A DNA stretch of 64,000 nt from Candidatus Omnitrophota bacterium (GCA_016783745.1 JADHVZ010000002.1:12012-76011), one strand, 5' to 3'. Positions 18,363-28,371 are shown, numbered from the stretch's first letter. The notes: generated from the letters alone by a model not told the origin. Translations and numbers: made by a program.

Positions 18363-20101
18363 CAAACTGCCCCTATGTCCTGGTCTCCGACAGTAAGCCG
18401 CACGACCTCTTCCCATGTCGTTATCCCGCCAAGCGCTTTCTTCAGCCCGTTCTGCCTGAGGGTCGTCATGCCTTCTTTTCTCGCGGCTTTCTTTATTTCA
18501 TGTTCCTGGGCCATACCAGCTATCAACTCCTTTATCTTAGGCGTTAACACAAGTGTCTCCGCTATTCCGATCCTGCCCTTATATCCGGTTTGAAAGCAGT
18601 GCTTACAGCCTCTTCCCCTGAAGAGCGTCACTTTATCTTTGCTTATATCCATACTCACATCCTTGAAGGCCGACTTGCTTACCTCATATTCCTCTTTACA
18701 GCTCGGGCATATCTTTCTTGCCAGCCGTTGCGCGGCAACTAAAAATATAGAGGATGTGATTAAAAACGGCTCTATCCCCATATTTACCAATCGCACCACT
18801 GAACCGGCAGCGGTAGTAGTATGCAGTGTGCTTAACACTAAGTGTCCGGTCAGCGCCGACTTAATAGCTATATCAGCGGTATCATAATCTCTTATCTCAC
18901 CCACCATTATTACATCGGGGTCCTGCCTCAAAATACTGCGCAAGGCCCCGGCAAAGGTAAGGCCGATACCCGGCTTTATTGTCACCTGGTTTATTCCGCG
19001 CAGGTCATATTCTATGGGGTCTTCGACCGTCACTAAATTCTTATCAGGAGTATCTATAGTCTTAAGGATCGAATACAATGTCGTCGTTTTTCCGCAGCCG
19101 GTCGGACCGCACACCACTATCATCCCGTGCGGCCTCTTAGATTCCCTTTTTATATCCTCCAGGGGCTTGTCTTCAAAACCCAATTTATCCAGATCGAGCA
19201 TGGCCTGGTCTTTATCAAGGACTCTCAGCGCGGCTTTTTCTCCGATACTCGAAGGTAAAACCGATATTCGGAAATCGACCTCTCTATTATGGATCTTTAT
19301 CTTGAATCTTCCATCCTGAGGGAGCCTTCTTTCGGCTATCTTCAGGTCGGACATGACCTTCAACCTCGATACTATTGCTTCATGCATAAAACGGGGAGGG
19401 CTCTTAGCCTCTCTTAATACCCCGTCTATCCTGTAGCGGATTCTTAGCTTATTCTCCATTGGCTCTATCAGTATATCGCTGGCTTTGACCCTTACGCCGT
19501 CGGACAGAATGAGGTTAGTCACCTTGACAATAGGCGTCTCTTGCGTCATCCGGATGAGATCGGTAGTAGCAAGGCTGTCTTTGCGCTCGTGCTCCACCAC
19601 CATCTCCACTTTATCATCGGCCTGCGCCATACCGGCCATTATCTCTTCAATGGCCTCGTGGGCGGCTTCACCGTAGTACTGGTCTATCGCCGACTGGATG
19701 TCTTTATCTGTTGTTATCAATACGCCTATCTGAAAACCGGTCAATGCCTTTATCTCATCTATGGCGAAGACATTGAGGGGATCGGCCATTGCCACTGTCA
19801 ATGTATTGCCTATCTTAGAAATAGGTATGATCTGGAAGTGTTGGGCGGTTTTGCGCGGTATTAATTTTGCGACGGTCGGATCTATCCTATACCTCGCGAG
19901 ATTTATAGGAGGGACTCCCAGTTCTTCAGAGAGAACGACCATCAGGTCTTTTTTGTCGACAAAGCCCTTTTCGGATAAAATATCGCTAAGCTTACCGCCT
20001 TTTCCCCTCTGAATCTTTAGGGCTTCATCGAGTTTTTCCGGAGTGATAAGGCCCTTTTCAAGCAATATCTTATTTATACGCGCTTTTAGCGGTAAGGCCA
20101 T
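18362..20101 (-). CDS. Second PilB/GspE-family secretion ATPase (PilB paralogue, MshE-like)
   Basis: 579 aa. The N-terminus carries an MshEN-type motif, RINKILLEKGLITPEKLDEALKIQ. It also has Walker A GPTGCGKTT and a tetracysteine motif. Confidence 0.9.
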   Translation of the reverse strand: MALPLKARINKILLEKGLITPEKLDEALKIQRGKGGKLSDILSEKGFVDKKDLMVVLSEELGVPPINLARYRIDPTVAKLIPRKTAQHFQIIPISKIGNTLTVAMADPLNVFAIDEIKALTGFQIGVLITTDKDIQSAIDQYYGEAAHEAIEEIMAGMAQADDKVEMVVEHERKDSLATTDLIRMTQETPIVKVTNLILSDGVRVKASDILIEPMENKLRIRYRIDGVLREAKSPPRFMHEAIVSRLKVMSDLKIAERRLPQDGRFKIKIHNREVDFRISVLPSSIGEKAALRVLDKDQAMLDLDKLGFEDKPLEDIKRESKRPHGMIVVCGPTGCGKTTTLYSILKTIDTPDKNLVTVEDPIEYDLRGINQVTIKPGIGLTFAGALRSILRQDPDVIMVGEIRDYDTADIAIKSALTGHLVLSTLHTTTAAGSVVRLVNMGIEPFLITSSIFLVAAQRLARKICPSCKEEYEVSKSAFKDVSMDISKDKVTLFRGRGCKHCFQTGYKGRIGIAETLVLTPKIKELIAGMAQEHEIKKAARKEGMTTLRQNGLKKALGGITTWEEVVRLTVGDQDIGAV

Positions 20102-20110
20102 ATTGTGATT

Positions 20111-20560
20111 TTATTTTTTTTCGTAGTATTGGTTTAAGGCGTTGTTTATATCAGTCATAGTACTTACGAAGGCCTGGACCTTACAGCCTGACATAAGCTC
20201 TATATCCTCGACTGCCTGCAAATTGAGAGGATTCGCCATAGCAATAGTCATGGTATTTCCTATTTTATCTACAACGATCAGACAATACTGCCTGGCGACA
20301 TTTTCCGGTATTATCTTGATCAGGGCCGGATCCACCTCATAGCTCTGAAGCGGTAGGTATGGAAAGCCATACTGGATAGTTATGGCCTGAGCTATCTGCT
20401 CTTCAGTCACGTATCCTAATCCCACAAGTATCGTGCCTAATAGCCCGCTCTTTTGCTTCTGGATCTTTAACGCCTTGTCCAACTGGTCTTTCTTTAATAT
20501 TCCCTTTTCAAGCAGAAGCTCTCCCAGTTGCTTGGATACTACTCTTCTTATCGGCGACAT
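20111..20560 (-). CDS. Standalone GspE-N / MshEN-domain protein, a putative c-di-GMP receptor
   Basis: 149 aa with no ATPase domain. It contains two tandem 24-residue segments, QLGELLLEKGILKKDQLDKALKIQ and LLGTILVGLGYVTEEQIAQAITIQ. Both fit the MshEN c-di-GMP-binding motif (R)LGxxLLxxGxIxxxxLxxALxxQ. Confidence 0.75.
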   Translation of the reverse strand: MSPIRRVVSKQLGELLLEKGILKKDQLDKALKIQKQKSGLLGTILVGLGYVTEEQIAQAITIQYGFPYLPLQSYEVDPALIKIIPENVARQYCLIVVDKIGNTMTIAMANPLNLQAVEDIELMSGCKVQAFVSTMTDINNALNQYYEKK

Positions 20561-20573
20561 ATTTACCTATTCC

Positions 20574-21644
20574 TTAAAGGCTTCCCTTTGCGTATTTCGC
20601 GAGCTCGCTCGGATCTGAAGACCGCGCGAAAGCGTCATCGTATGAAATAATGCCTTTTTTATAAAGCGTGGCAAGCGCCTGGTTCATCGTGCGCATGCCT
20701 TCCCTTTGCCCTGTCTGTATCTGAGAATATATCTGATGGACTTTAGATTCTCTTATCAGCGCCCTCACTGCGGGATTGGCGATAAGGATCTCATTCACCA
20801 GCACCCTGCCCGGCGGCGTTTTTTTGGGCACCAGAAGCTGCGCTATTATTCCTACTAACACAAAAGATAACTGCGTCCTTATCTGCTGCTGCTGATGTGA
20901 CGGAAACACATCTATGATCCTGTTTACGGTCTGCACGCTATCTGATGTATGCAGAGTAGCTAACACGAGGTGGCCTGTCTCCGCGATTATAAGCGCGGCC
21001 GCTATAGTCTCAAGGTCCCGCATTTCCCCTATGAGTATGACATCCGGATCCTGCCTCAAAACGTACTTAAGCGCCGCGCCAAAGGTATGGGTATCGTGAT
21101 GGACCTCTCTCTGGTCTATTATAGCTTTTTTATTTTTAAAAACAAATTCTATCGGGTCTTCGATGGTTATGATATGGCATTCCCGCTCATCATTGATAAA
21201 ATCGACCATTGCCGATAAGGTCGTGGATTTTCCTGTTCCGGTTGCCCCTGTTATCAGCACCAGCCCCTTAGGTTTACGGCATAACGCCTGCATTACGCCC
21301 ATGGGAAGGCCCGCTTCCTCAAAACCCATTACCTCAAACGGGATAAGCCTGATGGCTATGCCCACGTTTCCCCGCTGAAGGAATACATTGACTCTGAACC
21401 TGCAAAGGTGGCTTATCTCAAAAGAAAAATCGAGCTCTTTTTCCTTTTCGAATATCGCGATCTGTTCTTCTGTTAACATCCCGTAAGCTATTTTTTTCGT
21501 TTCTTCGGGCGTAAGTACCTTCTCGTCCGCGTTAACCAGCTTTTCATCGATCCTCATCTTCGGAGGATAGTTGGCGCCAATATGAAGGTCGGATGAATTT
21601 TTCTCTAACAGTTGCTTTAGGATGACGTTTATATCGATCGACAT
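20574..21644 (-). CDS. pilT: Twitching-motility retraction ATPase PilT
   Basis: 356 aa with Walker A GATGTGKST, the PilT AIRNLIRE-like motif (ALIRESKVHQI) and a short N-domain. Confidence 0.9.
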   Translation of the reverse strand: MSIDINVILKQLLEKNSSDLHIGANYPPKMRIDEKLVNADEKVLTPEETKKIAYGMLTEEQIAIFEKEKELDFSFEISHLCRFRVNVFLQRGNVGIAIRLIPFEVMGFEEAGLPMGVMQALCRKPKGLVLITGATGTGKSTTLSAMVDFINDERECHIITIEDPIEFVFKNKKAIIDQREVHHDTHTFGAALKYVLRQDPDVILIGEMRDLETIAAALIIAETGHLVLATLHTSDSVQTVNRIIDVFPSHQQQQIRTQLSFVLVGIIAQLLVPKKTPPGRVLVNEILIANPAVRALIRESKVHQIYSQIQTGQREGMRTMNQALATLYKKGIISYDDAFARSSDPSELAKYAKGSL

Positions 21645-21662
21645 TTCAGCTCCTGTCCTTTG

Positions 21663-23072
21663 TCAAATGATCTTATTTTTGCCCTGCGTTTTCGCGGCGG
21701 CAACCGAATCCGCGGCTTTCTTCTTGAGTGATTCCGAAGAAGAACCGTCTATGGGATTCTCGCTGACCCCGCCGCTTATTGTCAGGCGCCTTCCTGATCC
21801 GCTACCCAGTTCAATATTTTCAACAGTTTTTCTTACGGCCTCGGCTATTCTATAAGCCTCTTTTTTATTCTTCTCCGGAAGTAATAAAGCGAATTCATCT
21901 CCGGAAAGCCGCGCTGCCCTGCCTATTTGAGTGACATGCTCTTCTAGCACGGAGGCTATCATCTTAAGCGCCTTCTCCGTCACGAGCTCGCCGTTATCAC
22001 TTCTGAACTTATCGAATCCGTCGACATTAAACATGACATACGAACAAGGCCTCTGATAAAGGACACCTCTTTTGATCTCCTCACCAAGCCTTAAGGTGAC
22101 ATAGGCCTCGTTGTATAAGCCGGTGAGATCATCCTTTATGGCCAACTCCCTGGCCTTTCTGATAAGTATCTCTCTGTCATAAGCTATAGCGGCTTGTTTA
22201 GAGAAGATCTTCAGCACATCCATATCGTCGGAATTAAATGTATAGTCACTTTCCCTGCTTCCCGCGAGCATCATCCCGACCGCCTTACCGCGCGATATGA
22301 TGGGAAATGCGGCGAAGTTTTCAACGCCAACGTCTTCCATGAACATTTCCGTATCCTTCGAGCGCTTAGTGCCGGAATCGGCATATACAATAGCGCCTTT
22401 TAATAAAGCTTCCCCGAGTAAGTCTTTCCCGGGACGTATTTTGAGATCGCGAAGCTTTTCGTTTGTAAGATTATTCTCTACGGCCGATTCCAGGGTCCCG
22501 GCTTCGATAGGCCTCGGTAAATAGATCACCGCGTAACCCGCGTTCATAATCTCGACGGTCTTATCGGCTATAAGAGCCATAACGCCATCAAGGTCAGACG
22601 CCATGGAAATTTCTTCGCTTATTTGCAGCAAGCTGGATAAGGCAAGGACTTTTTTATGGATCTCTATATTTATCAATTTCGTCTTTTCCCCATACGAGTT
22701 AAGCTCATCCATGTCCCGCCTGATACGTGATGTCAGGCTGTTGATCGAACTCCCAAGCTCGCCTATCTCGTCTTCGGAAGATACGGAGATTCTGCGGTCG
22801 AACATCCCTCCGGCTATAAGTTTTGATTCTATCGCCATATCGATGACCGGCATTATAAGCTGCCGCGCCAGCACAAGGCCTAACAGAGCCAAGATGACAC
22901 TAAAGAAAAGGATCCACGATGTCTCTATTATATCTCCTGTGGGGGGAAATATCTTATCCCGGAGGAGGTAGGCTGCTACAAGCAAAGGTATCATTGCCAT
23001 AAGGCAAAAAGCAACCGTAAATTTGCGGCGTATCCCTTTTGGCGCCAGGGATAATTTTTTGAGAAGATCCAT
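21663..23072 (-). CDS. Membrane-anchored HAMP-GAF-GGDEF protein, a putative diguanylate cyclase with an SGDEF active-site variant
   Basis: 469 aa. An N-terminal TM pair is followed by a HAMP-like linker, a GAF domain and a C-terminal GGDEF domain (…DGFDKFRSDNGE…RLSGDEFALLLP). Confidence 0.85.
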   Translation of the reverse strand: MDLLKKLSLAPKGIRRKFTVAFCLMAMIPLLVAAYLLRDKIFPPTGDIIETSWILFFSVILALLGLVLARQLIMPVIDMAIESKLIAGGMFDRRISVSSEDEIGELGSSINSLTSRIRRDMDELNSYGEKTKLINIEIHKKVLALSSLLQISEEISMASDLDGVMALIADKTVEIMNAGYAVIYLPRPIEAGTLESAVENNLTNEKLRDLKIRPGKDLLGEALLKGAIVYADSGTKRSKDTEMFMEDVGVENFAAFPIISRGKAVGMMLAGSRESDYTFNSDDMDVLKIFSKQAAIAYDREILIRKARELAIKDDLTGLYNEAYVTLRLGEEIKRGVLYQRPCSYVMFNVDGFDKFRSDNGELVTEKALKMIASVLEEHVTQIGRAARLSGDEFALLLPEKNKKEAYRIAEAVRKTVENIELGSGSGRRLTISGGVSENPIDGSSSESLKKKAADSVAAAKTQGKNKII

Positions 23073-23179
23073 AAATGACTCCCCTATAATTATTGTACTT
23101 TTTTTACAGAAAAAGTATACATTATTACACGCTAATTGTCAATATAGCATGCCGATTATAATAATTACAATGCGCGGCG

Positions 23180-24277
23180 CTAAAAAACCGATCTGTGCAT
23201 ATCTACATTGATCACAAGTGCCAGAGATAACCATGTAGTTATAAGGCTTGACCCCCCATAGCTGATGAGAGGCAGGGGCAGTCCTACGACCGGCATAAAA
23301 CCGGCAGCCATTGCGATGTTGACTATGACCTGGAAGGATATCATCGCGGCTACGCCTGAGACGATAAGCCTGCCGTAAATATCGTTTGACCTGCTCGCGA
23401 CAGATAATATGCGGATTATAAGCAGACAGAAAAGCAGTATCACCAAAAAACTGCCCGCAAAGCCCCATTCCTCTCCTACTACGGAAAATATAAAATCAGT
23501 ATGGCGTTCCGGTAAAAAATTCAGCTGATTCTGAGTCCCGCTTGTCCACCCTTTTCCGAACAACCCTCCTGAGCCGATAGCGATCTTTGACTGGATCACA
23601 GTGTAACCTGCCCCCAGAGGATCCATATTGGGATTCATAAATACAAGCAGTCTTCTTTTTTGATAATCCTTTAAGAAATTCCAGAAAAGTGGTGACGCTA
23701 TGAGACCCGCCAATATCGTCCCAATAATAAACCTCATTGGCGTCTCCGAGCACAGCAAGATGGCAAATAGTATGGGCAGGAGCGCTATGGCGCTGCCAAG
23801 ATCCGGCTCCTTGAATATGAGCAGGCAGAAAAGGCCTGTTATGCCTAATGCCGCAAGAAATGTGCGTATGTCTCTTATGGAATGACGGTTATTGCCTAGA
23901 AAATATGACAATGTCAATATCATGGCGAGTTTAGCAAACTCGGATGGCTGGAATGTCAGCCATCCGAAGCTCAGCCATCTGCGCGCGCCCATCCTTGATC
24001 CACCGATAAAAAGTATCAGGATAAGCGCTAAAGCGATCAAGACGTAAAAAAGGTAAGACCAGTCAAGTATGCGGCGAAAATCTATATTGATGATGACGAC
24101 AAGCATCACAATGCTGACCGCCAGCCACGCAACCTGCCTGAACATGAAGTTGATCCCCTTTATCTCCCCCATGCCGCGTGAGGCGCTATAAAGAAAAAGA
24201 AGGCCTATTCCGAATATAAGTAACGGCAATATGATCAGAAAAGGGTCGAAGCCTCGTTTATAACTTATATTGTACAT
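23180..24277 (-). CDS. rodA: Rod shape-determining protein RodA (SEDS family)
   Basis: 365-aa polytopic FtsW/RodA/SpoVE protein. It lies immediately downstream of mrdA in the mreBCD-mrdA-rodA cluster. Confidence 0.9.
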   Translation of the reverse strand: MYNISYKRGFDPFLIILPLLIFGIGLLFLYSASRGMGEIKGINFMFRQVAWLAVSIVMLVVIINIDFRRILDWSYLFYVLIALALILILFIGGSRMGARRWLSFGWLTFQPSEFAKLAMILTLSYFLGNNRHSIRDIRTFLAALGITGLFCLLIFKEPDLGSAIALLPILFAILLCSETPMRFIIGTILAGLIASPLFWNFLKDYQKRRLLVFMNPNMDPLGAGYTVIQSKIAIGSGGLFGKGWTSGTQNQLNFLPERHTDFIFSVVGEEWGFAGSFLVILLFCLLIIRILSVASRSNDIYGRLIVSGVAAMISFQVIVNIAMAAGFMPVVGLPLPLISYGGSSLITTWLSLALVINVDMHRSVF

Positions 24278-24278
24278 C

Positions 24279-25997
24279 CTACAGGTAGTCCAGTTCTTTT
24301 AACTTTTTGAAAATTTTAGCGGCGATCTTGCAGGGTTTATCCCCGCCACTTCCGCCATACTCTAAAAAGACTACTAACGATATTTTGGGCCTTCCTGCCG
24401 GTGAGTAACCCGCAAACCAGGCGTGAGTGCCGGCCGGCCCGGCCTGAGCTGTCCCGGTCTTTCCGGCTATCTCTATGCCGGGAACACCGGCATGTTTTGC
24501 TGTCCCTTGATCATCCTCTACAGCCCGCCTGGTTCCTTCTTTTATCACATTAAAAGTCCCGCCTGAGATATTGAGCCAGCTCTTATGGGAACCGGATACA
24601 TCGATATCGCCTATTTTTTTTACAATAAACGGACTGATCATCTGGCCTTCAAGGGCAAGCGCGTTTATCATCCTGGCTATCTGGATCGGCGTTACCAGAA
24701 GATAGCCCTGGCCTATGGCATAATTTACGGTATCGCCCTCGTACCACTTTTCCATTTTTTCGCGCTTTTTCCATGACCTGCCCGGCACGATTCCTTCTGA
24801 CTCATACGGAAGGTCTATCCCGGATTTGCTTCCGAATCCATAAAGTGCGGCGAAATGCTCTATTTTATCTACGCCTGTCTTCCTGCCGGCCTTATAAAAA
24901 AATACGTTACATGAGTTCTTTATGCCTTCCGCCATAGTCTGCAGTTTATGGCCTGATTTTTTCCAGCAGCTGAATGTTCTGTAGCCGAGCGCATAAGAGC
25001 CTTTACAATCCAGTTGCTCATCATGTTTTATACTTCCGGAATCAAGCGCGGCCGAAGCAGTTACTATCTTAAAAACGGAACCCGGGGGATATGTGCCGGA
25101 AATGGCTCTGTTGACCAGAGGATAATCACTTCTCCCGAGCAGATCCGTCACCTTGCGGTAGCCGGATGATGAAACAAATATATTAGGATTAAAATCCGGT
25201 TTACTTACAAGCCCGATCACTTCCCCGTCCTCGGCATCCATGACCACTACAGCGCCATTATGTTCTTCCAGCAGTGAATCTATAAACGCCTCAAGCTCGA
25301 TATCTATGGTAGTAGTAATATCCCTTCCCTTACTTGGCTCCCTTATGCCGAGCACCCTTAATTCCCTGCCTTTTGCGTCGACCTCTATCTGCATGCCGCC
25401 GCTTTCACCTTTAAGATAATCGTCGTAATAAAATTCGATGCCGCCTCTTCCTACAAGATCCATCGGCTTGTATCCGTACTCCCTCAAGACATCGAGTTCC
25501 TCCTCGGATATTTTGCCCACGTACCCTGCTATATGCCCGGCTACATTGGAATTCGGATAATGCCTTGTAGGATAGGTCTGTATGATGAGCCCGGGGAAAT
25601 CCACGCTTCTCTCAGAGATCGATATAGCGGTTTCTTTGCCTATATCTTTCTTGATAATAAGGGGAATGAATGGCGCGACAAAGTCTTCTTTCAGCTTTTT
25701 CTTTAAATCCGCCTCGGACAGCTCTAACAATCCGCTTAAACGGCTTAGGCCTTTATCGTCGACATTAAACTCCTGAGGTATCACGGCGCAATCAAACGCC
25801 AGACGATTGCCGGCTAAAAGCTTACCGTTACGGTCATATATATTTCCGCGGGGCGCGATCAGCGGGAGGAGCCTTATCCTGTTTCTTTTTGATAGTTCGG
25901 AATAATGGTAACTCTGCAGGCACTGGATGTAAAATAGGCATATGACCAACGCGATGAAGAAAAACACGATCATAATTTTCATAATGCGTATCCTCAT
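24279..25997 (-). CDS. mrdA: Penicillin-binding protein 2 (elongasome transpeptidase)
   Basis: 572 aa. It has a PBP dimerisation domain and a transpeptidase domain with SxxK (STFK-like), SxN and KTG motifs. Confidence 0.9.
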   Translation of the reverse strand: MRIRIMKIMIVFFFIALVICLFYIQCLQSYHYSELSKRNRIRLLPLIAPRGNIYDRNGKLLAGNRLAFDCAVIPQEFNVDDKGLSRLSGLLELSEADLKKKLKEDFVAPFIPLIIKKDIGKETAISISERSVDFPGLIIQTYPTRHYPNSNVAGHIAGYVGKISEEELDVLREYGYKPMDLVGRGGIEFYYDDYLKGESGGMQIEVDAKGRELRVLGIREPSKGRDITTTIDIELEAFIDSLLEEHNGAVVVMDAEDGEVIGLVSKPDFNPNIFVSSSGYRKVTDLLGRSDYPLVNRAISGTYPPGSVFKIVTASAALDSGSIKHDEQLDCKGSYALGYRTFSCWKKSGHKLQTMAEGIKNSCNVFFYKAGRKTGVDKIEHFAALYGFGSKSGIDLPYESEGIVPGRSWKKREKMEKWYEGDTVNYAIGQGYLLVTPIQIARMINALALEGQMISPFIVKKIGDIDVSGSHKSWLNISGGTFNVIKEGTRRAVEDDQGTAKHAGVPGIEIAGKTGTAQAGPAGTHAWFAGYSPAGRPKISLVVFLEYGGSGGDKPCKIAAKIFKKLKELDYL

Positions 25998-26506
25998 AAT
26001 GCGGTCTCACTTAATCCAAGCACTCTCGTCAGGAAAGCGAAGATCCATATGGCAAGAAAAGAGTTTAACAATGATATCAAGACAACGGGAGAATTAAATA
26101 AGAGCCTCGATCCGGCCCAATGTGACACGGAGGGCCCCCGCGCGCTGACGATGATGAAATATGCCGAAAGGACGATAAAAGACAGTGTGAACGTCAGGAT
26201 GAAGTGCGTGATCATACTGTCTCTATAAAATTTGGTGTTGCTCTTGCCTATTATGTATCCGCCGGCGGCGAAAAGCATGGCATTCAGGCCGAATAGCCTT
26301 ATGGAGAAAATATCAAGCAGTAGGCCGCAAAAAAAACCCGTCTCAGCGCCGAACTTTCCGCTGGAAAAAAGAGCGAAAAAAGCGGTTACTATGATCAAGA
26401 TGTTCGGCTTCACGGTGCCTGATCTTAAAAGATCGCTGATCACCAGTTGTAAAAAAAATCCCAGCAGTATTACTGTGTAGGCTTGCCCGCGTTTTACTCT
26501 ATGCAT
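25994..26506 (-). CDS. mreD: Rod shape-determining protein MreD
   Basis: 170-aa polytopic membrane protein between mreC and mrdA. Confidence 0.7.
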   Translation of the reverse strand: MHRVKRGQAYTVILLGFFLQLVISDLLRSGTVKPNILIIVTAFFALFSSGKFGAETGFFCGLLLDIFSIRLFGLNAMLFAAGGYIIGKSNTKFYRDSMITHFILTFTLSFIVLSAYFIIVSARGPSVSHWAGSRLLFNSPVVLISLLNSFLAIWIFAFLTRVLGLSETAL

Positions 26507-27267
26507 AGGACTTCTTCTAATTTCGAAAACTTACCCGAAGGCTGTATGATAGCGAATTTATACAACCTTCCCTTTTCCTTTGCCACTTTTATTATTTCGC
26601 CTATCAATAGGCCCTTTGGATAGATACCGCCCATGCCGGAAGTCAGGACCTTATCCCCGGCGCTGACTTCTGATTCCAGCGAAAGATATATGAGTTTACA
26701 CTCGCCCTGGGCGGTGCCTGTTAAAAGTCCGGTCTCGCGGCTGTTCTGCACTATCGCGCCCACCTTTGAGTCTATATCATTGATCAGCATGACTTTACTC
26801 ATAGCCTCGCCGGGCTCCCTGATCCTTCCTATAAGCCCATTTCCGGATATGACTACCATATCATTCCTGATGCCGTCTCCCCTGCCTTTATCTATGAAAA
26901 CAACGGACGACCAGTTATTCGGATCCCTTCCTATGACAGAGGCCGGGATAGACTGCTTTTCGATCTCCTTCTTGAAACCCAGAAGTTCGCGCAGCCGCTC
27001 ATTCTCAAGGGCGATCTCATCCAGTTTTACGGTCTTGTTCTGTAATTCCACGATCCTTCGCTTAAGCCCTGTCTTCTCGCTGTCTGCGTAAGGCAGGCGC
27101 GAGATCTTTTCAAAATAATCAAATAAGTTATCGAGAGCTTTAAGCGGAGATCTTGCGGTGCTATAGATGGCTCTTTTGAGATGCTTGACAGGCTCCGGGG
27201 GGGCGAACATGGACCAGATAAGAATCGCGGTTATAACGATTACGACGATTAACCTGGGCCTCAACAC
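26494..27267 (-). CDS. mreC: Rod shape-determining protein MreC
   Basis: 257 aa with an N-terminal TM segment, a coiled-coil and a C-terminal beta domain. It lies downstream of mreB. Confidence 0.85.
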   Translation of the reverse strand: MLRPRLIVVIVITAILIWSMFAPPEPVKHLKRAIYSTARSPLKALDNLFDYFEKISRLPYADSEKTGLKRRIVELQNKTVKLDEIALENERLRELLGFKKEIEKQSIPASVIGRDPNNWSSVVFIDKGRGDGIRNDMVVISGNGLIGRIREPGEAMSKVMLINDIDSKVGAIVQNSRETGLLTGTAQGECKLIYLSLESEVSAGDKVLTSGMGGIYPKGLLIGEIIKVAKEKGRLYKFAIIQPSGKFSKLEEVLCIE

Positions 27268-27288
27268 AATGATTCGCCTTTAGATTTT

Positions 27289-28371
27289 TTAAGATTCAAG
27301 CTTTGGGATGACCGCGACTTTTTTCAGATATCTTAGTTCTCCGAGGACCTTCCCTGTTCCCAGGGCGACTGCGGTCAAAGGATCGTCAGCAAGGTGAACA
27401 GGCAGGCCCGTCTCCTCAGAAATCAGTTTTGATAATCCTTTGAGCAGCGATCCGCCTCCGGCCATGACTATACCTCTCTCTATGAGGTCCGCTGAGAGCT
27501 CCGGCGGGGTGCGCTCAAGCGTTATCCTTACGGATTCCACGATCTGGGCTATGGGCTCTGCCAGCGCTTCACGTATTTCCTCGCTTGAGATCGTGATCAT
27601 CTTAGGCAAGCCCGCTACAAGGTCCCTGCCGCGGACTTCCATGGTCAATTCCTCTTCCAGGGGGTAGGCGGAACCGACCTTCATCTTTATGTCCTCGGCC
27701 GTTCTTTCTCCGACCATCAGATTGTAGGTCTTCTTCAGATAATCGATTATCGACTCGTCCATTTCGTCGCCGCCGATCCTTATGCTTCTTGAAAAGACTA
27801 TTCCCGCCAGAGATATCAGGGCTATCTCGGTTGTCCCTCCGCCGATGTCTATGATCATGTTACCCGCGGGCTCCTGTATCGGCAGCCCGACTCCGATCGC
27901 GGCCGCGACAGGTTCTTCGATCATGTGCACCTCTCTCGCGCCGGCATGCAGGGCGGAATCCTTAACCGCTCTTTTTTCCACTTCCGTGATCCCGGAGGGT
28001 ATAGCGATCACCATACGCGGCCTTACAAAAAATCTTCTTGAGTTGTGGGCCTTTTTGATGAAATACCGCAGCATGCTCTCCGTTATCTCAAAATCCGCTA
28101 TGACTCCGTCTCTCATCGGCCTTATCGCCACTATGTTGCCGGGTGTACGGCCAAGCATCCTTTTGGCTTCTTCGCCGACCGCCAGGACATTTGAAGTCCC
28201 CTTTTGAATAGCCACTACAGAGGGTTCACACAGGACTATCCCCTGCCCTTTGACGTAGACAAGCGTGCTTGCCGTTCCCAGGTCGATTCCCATATCATTT
28301 GAGAAAAACGCAAGCACATAATTGAATAACCACATAAAACCGTCAGAAATTTTTTTGACCTTGTCTTTCAT
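27289..28371 (-). CDS. mreB: Actin homologue MreB
   Basis: The [25 protein letters not shown]-terminal phosphate-1 motif and the actin-fold ATPase motifs are present. The true start may be the internal Met at MWLF. Confidence 0.95.
   Translation of the reverse strand: MKDKVKKISDGFMWLFNYVLAFFSNDMGIDLGTASTLVYVKGQGIVLCEPSVVAIQKGTSNVLAVGEEAKRMLGRTPGNIVAIRPMRDGVIADFEITESMLRYFIKKAHNSRRFFVRPRMVIAIPSGITEVEKRAVKDSALHAGAREVHMIEEPVAAAIGVGLPIQEPAGNMIIDIGGGTTEIALISLAGIVFSRSIRIGGDEMDESIIDYLKKTYNLMVGERTAEDIKMKVGSAYPLEEELTMEVRGRDLVAGLPKMITISSEEIREALAEPIAQIVESVRITLERTPPELSADLIERGIVMAGGGSLLKGLSKLISEETGLPVHLADDPLTAVALGTGKVLGELRYLKKVAVIPKLES

Noticed and set aside
16641-18416. N-terminal extension MGRGRAAYCRRPGHRGSL of PilB copy 1 and the SPNDTSPNDT extension of murD
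   Set aside because: The extensions overlap the upstream gene or translate a DNA tandem repeat. Internal starts with good spacing or an RBS (ATGA overlap at 18362; GGAGG before 47526) are far more plausible.
23139-23753. Minus-strand ORFs 23139-23468 and 23496-23753 inside rodA
   Set aside because: They are alternative frames of the rodA gene on the same strand. Together they give a Cys/Arg-rich translation with no recognisable domain.
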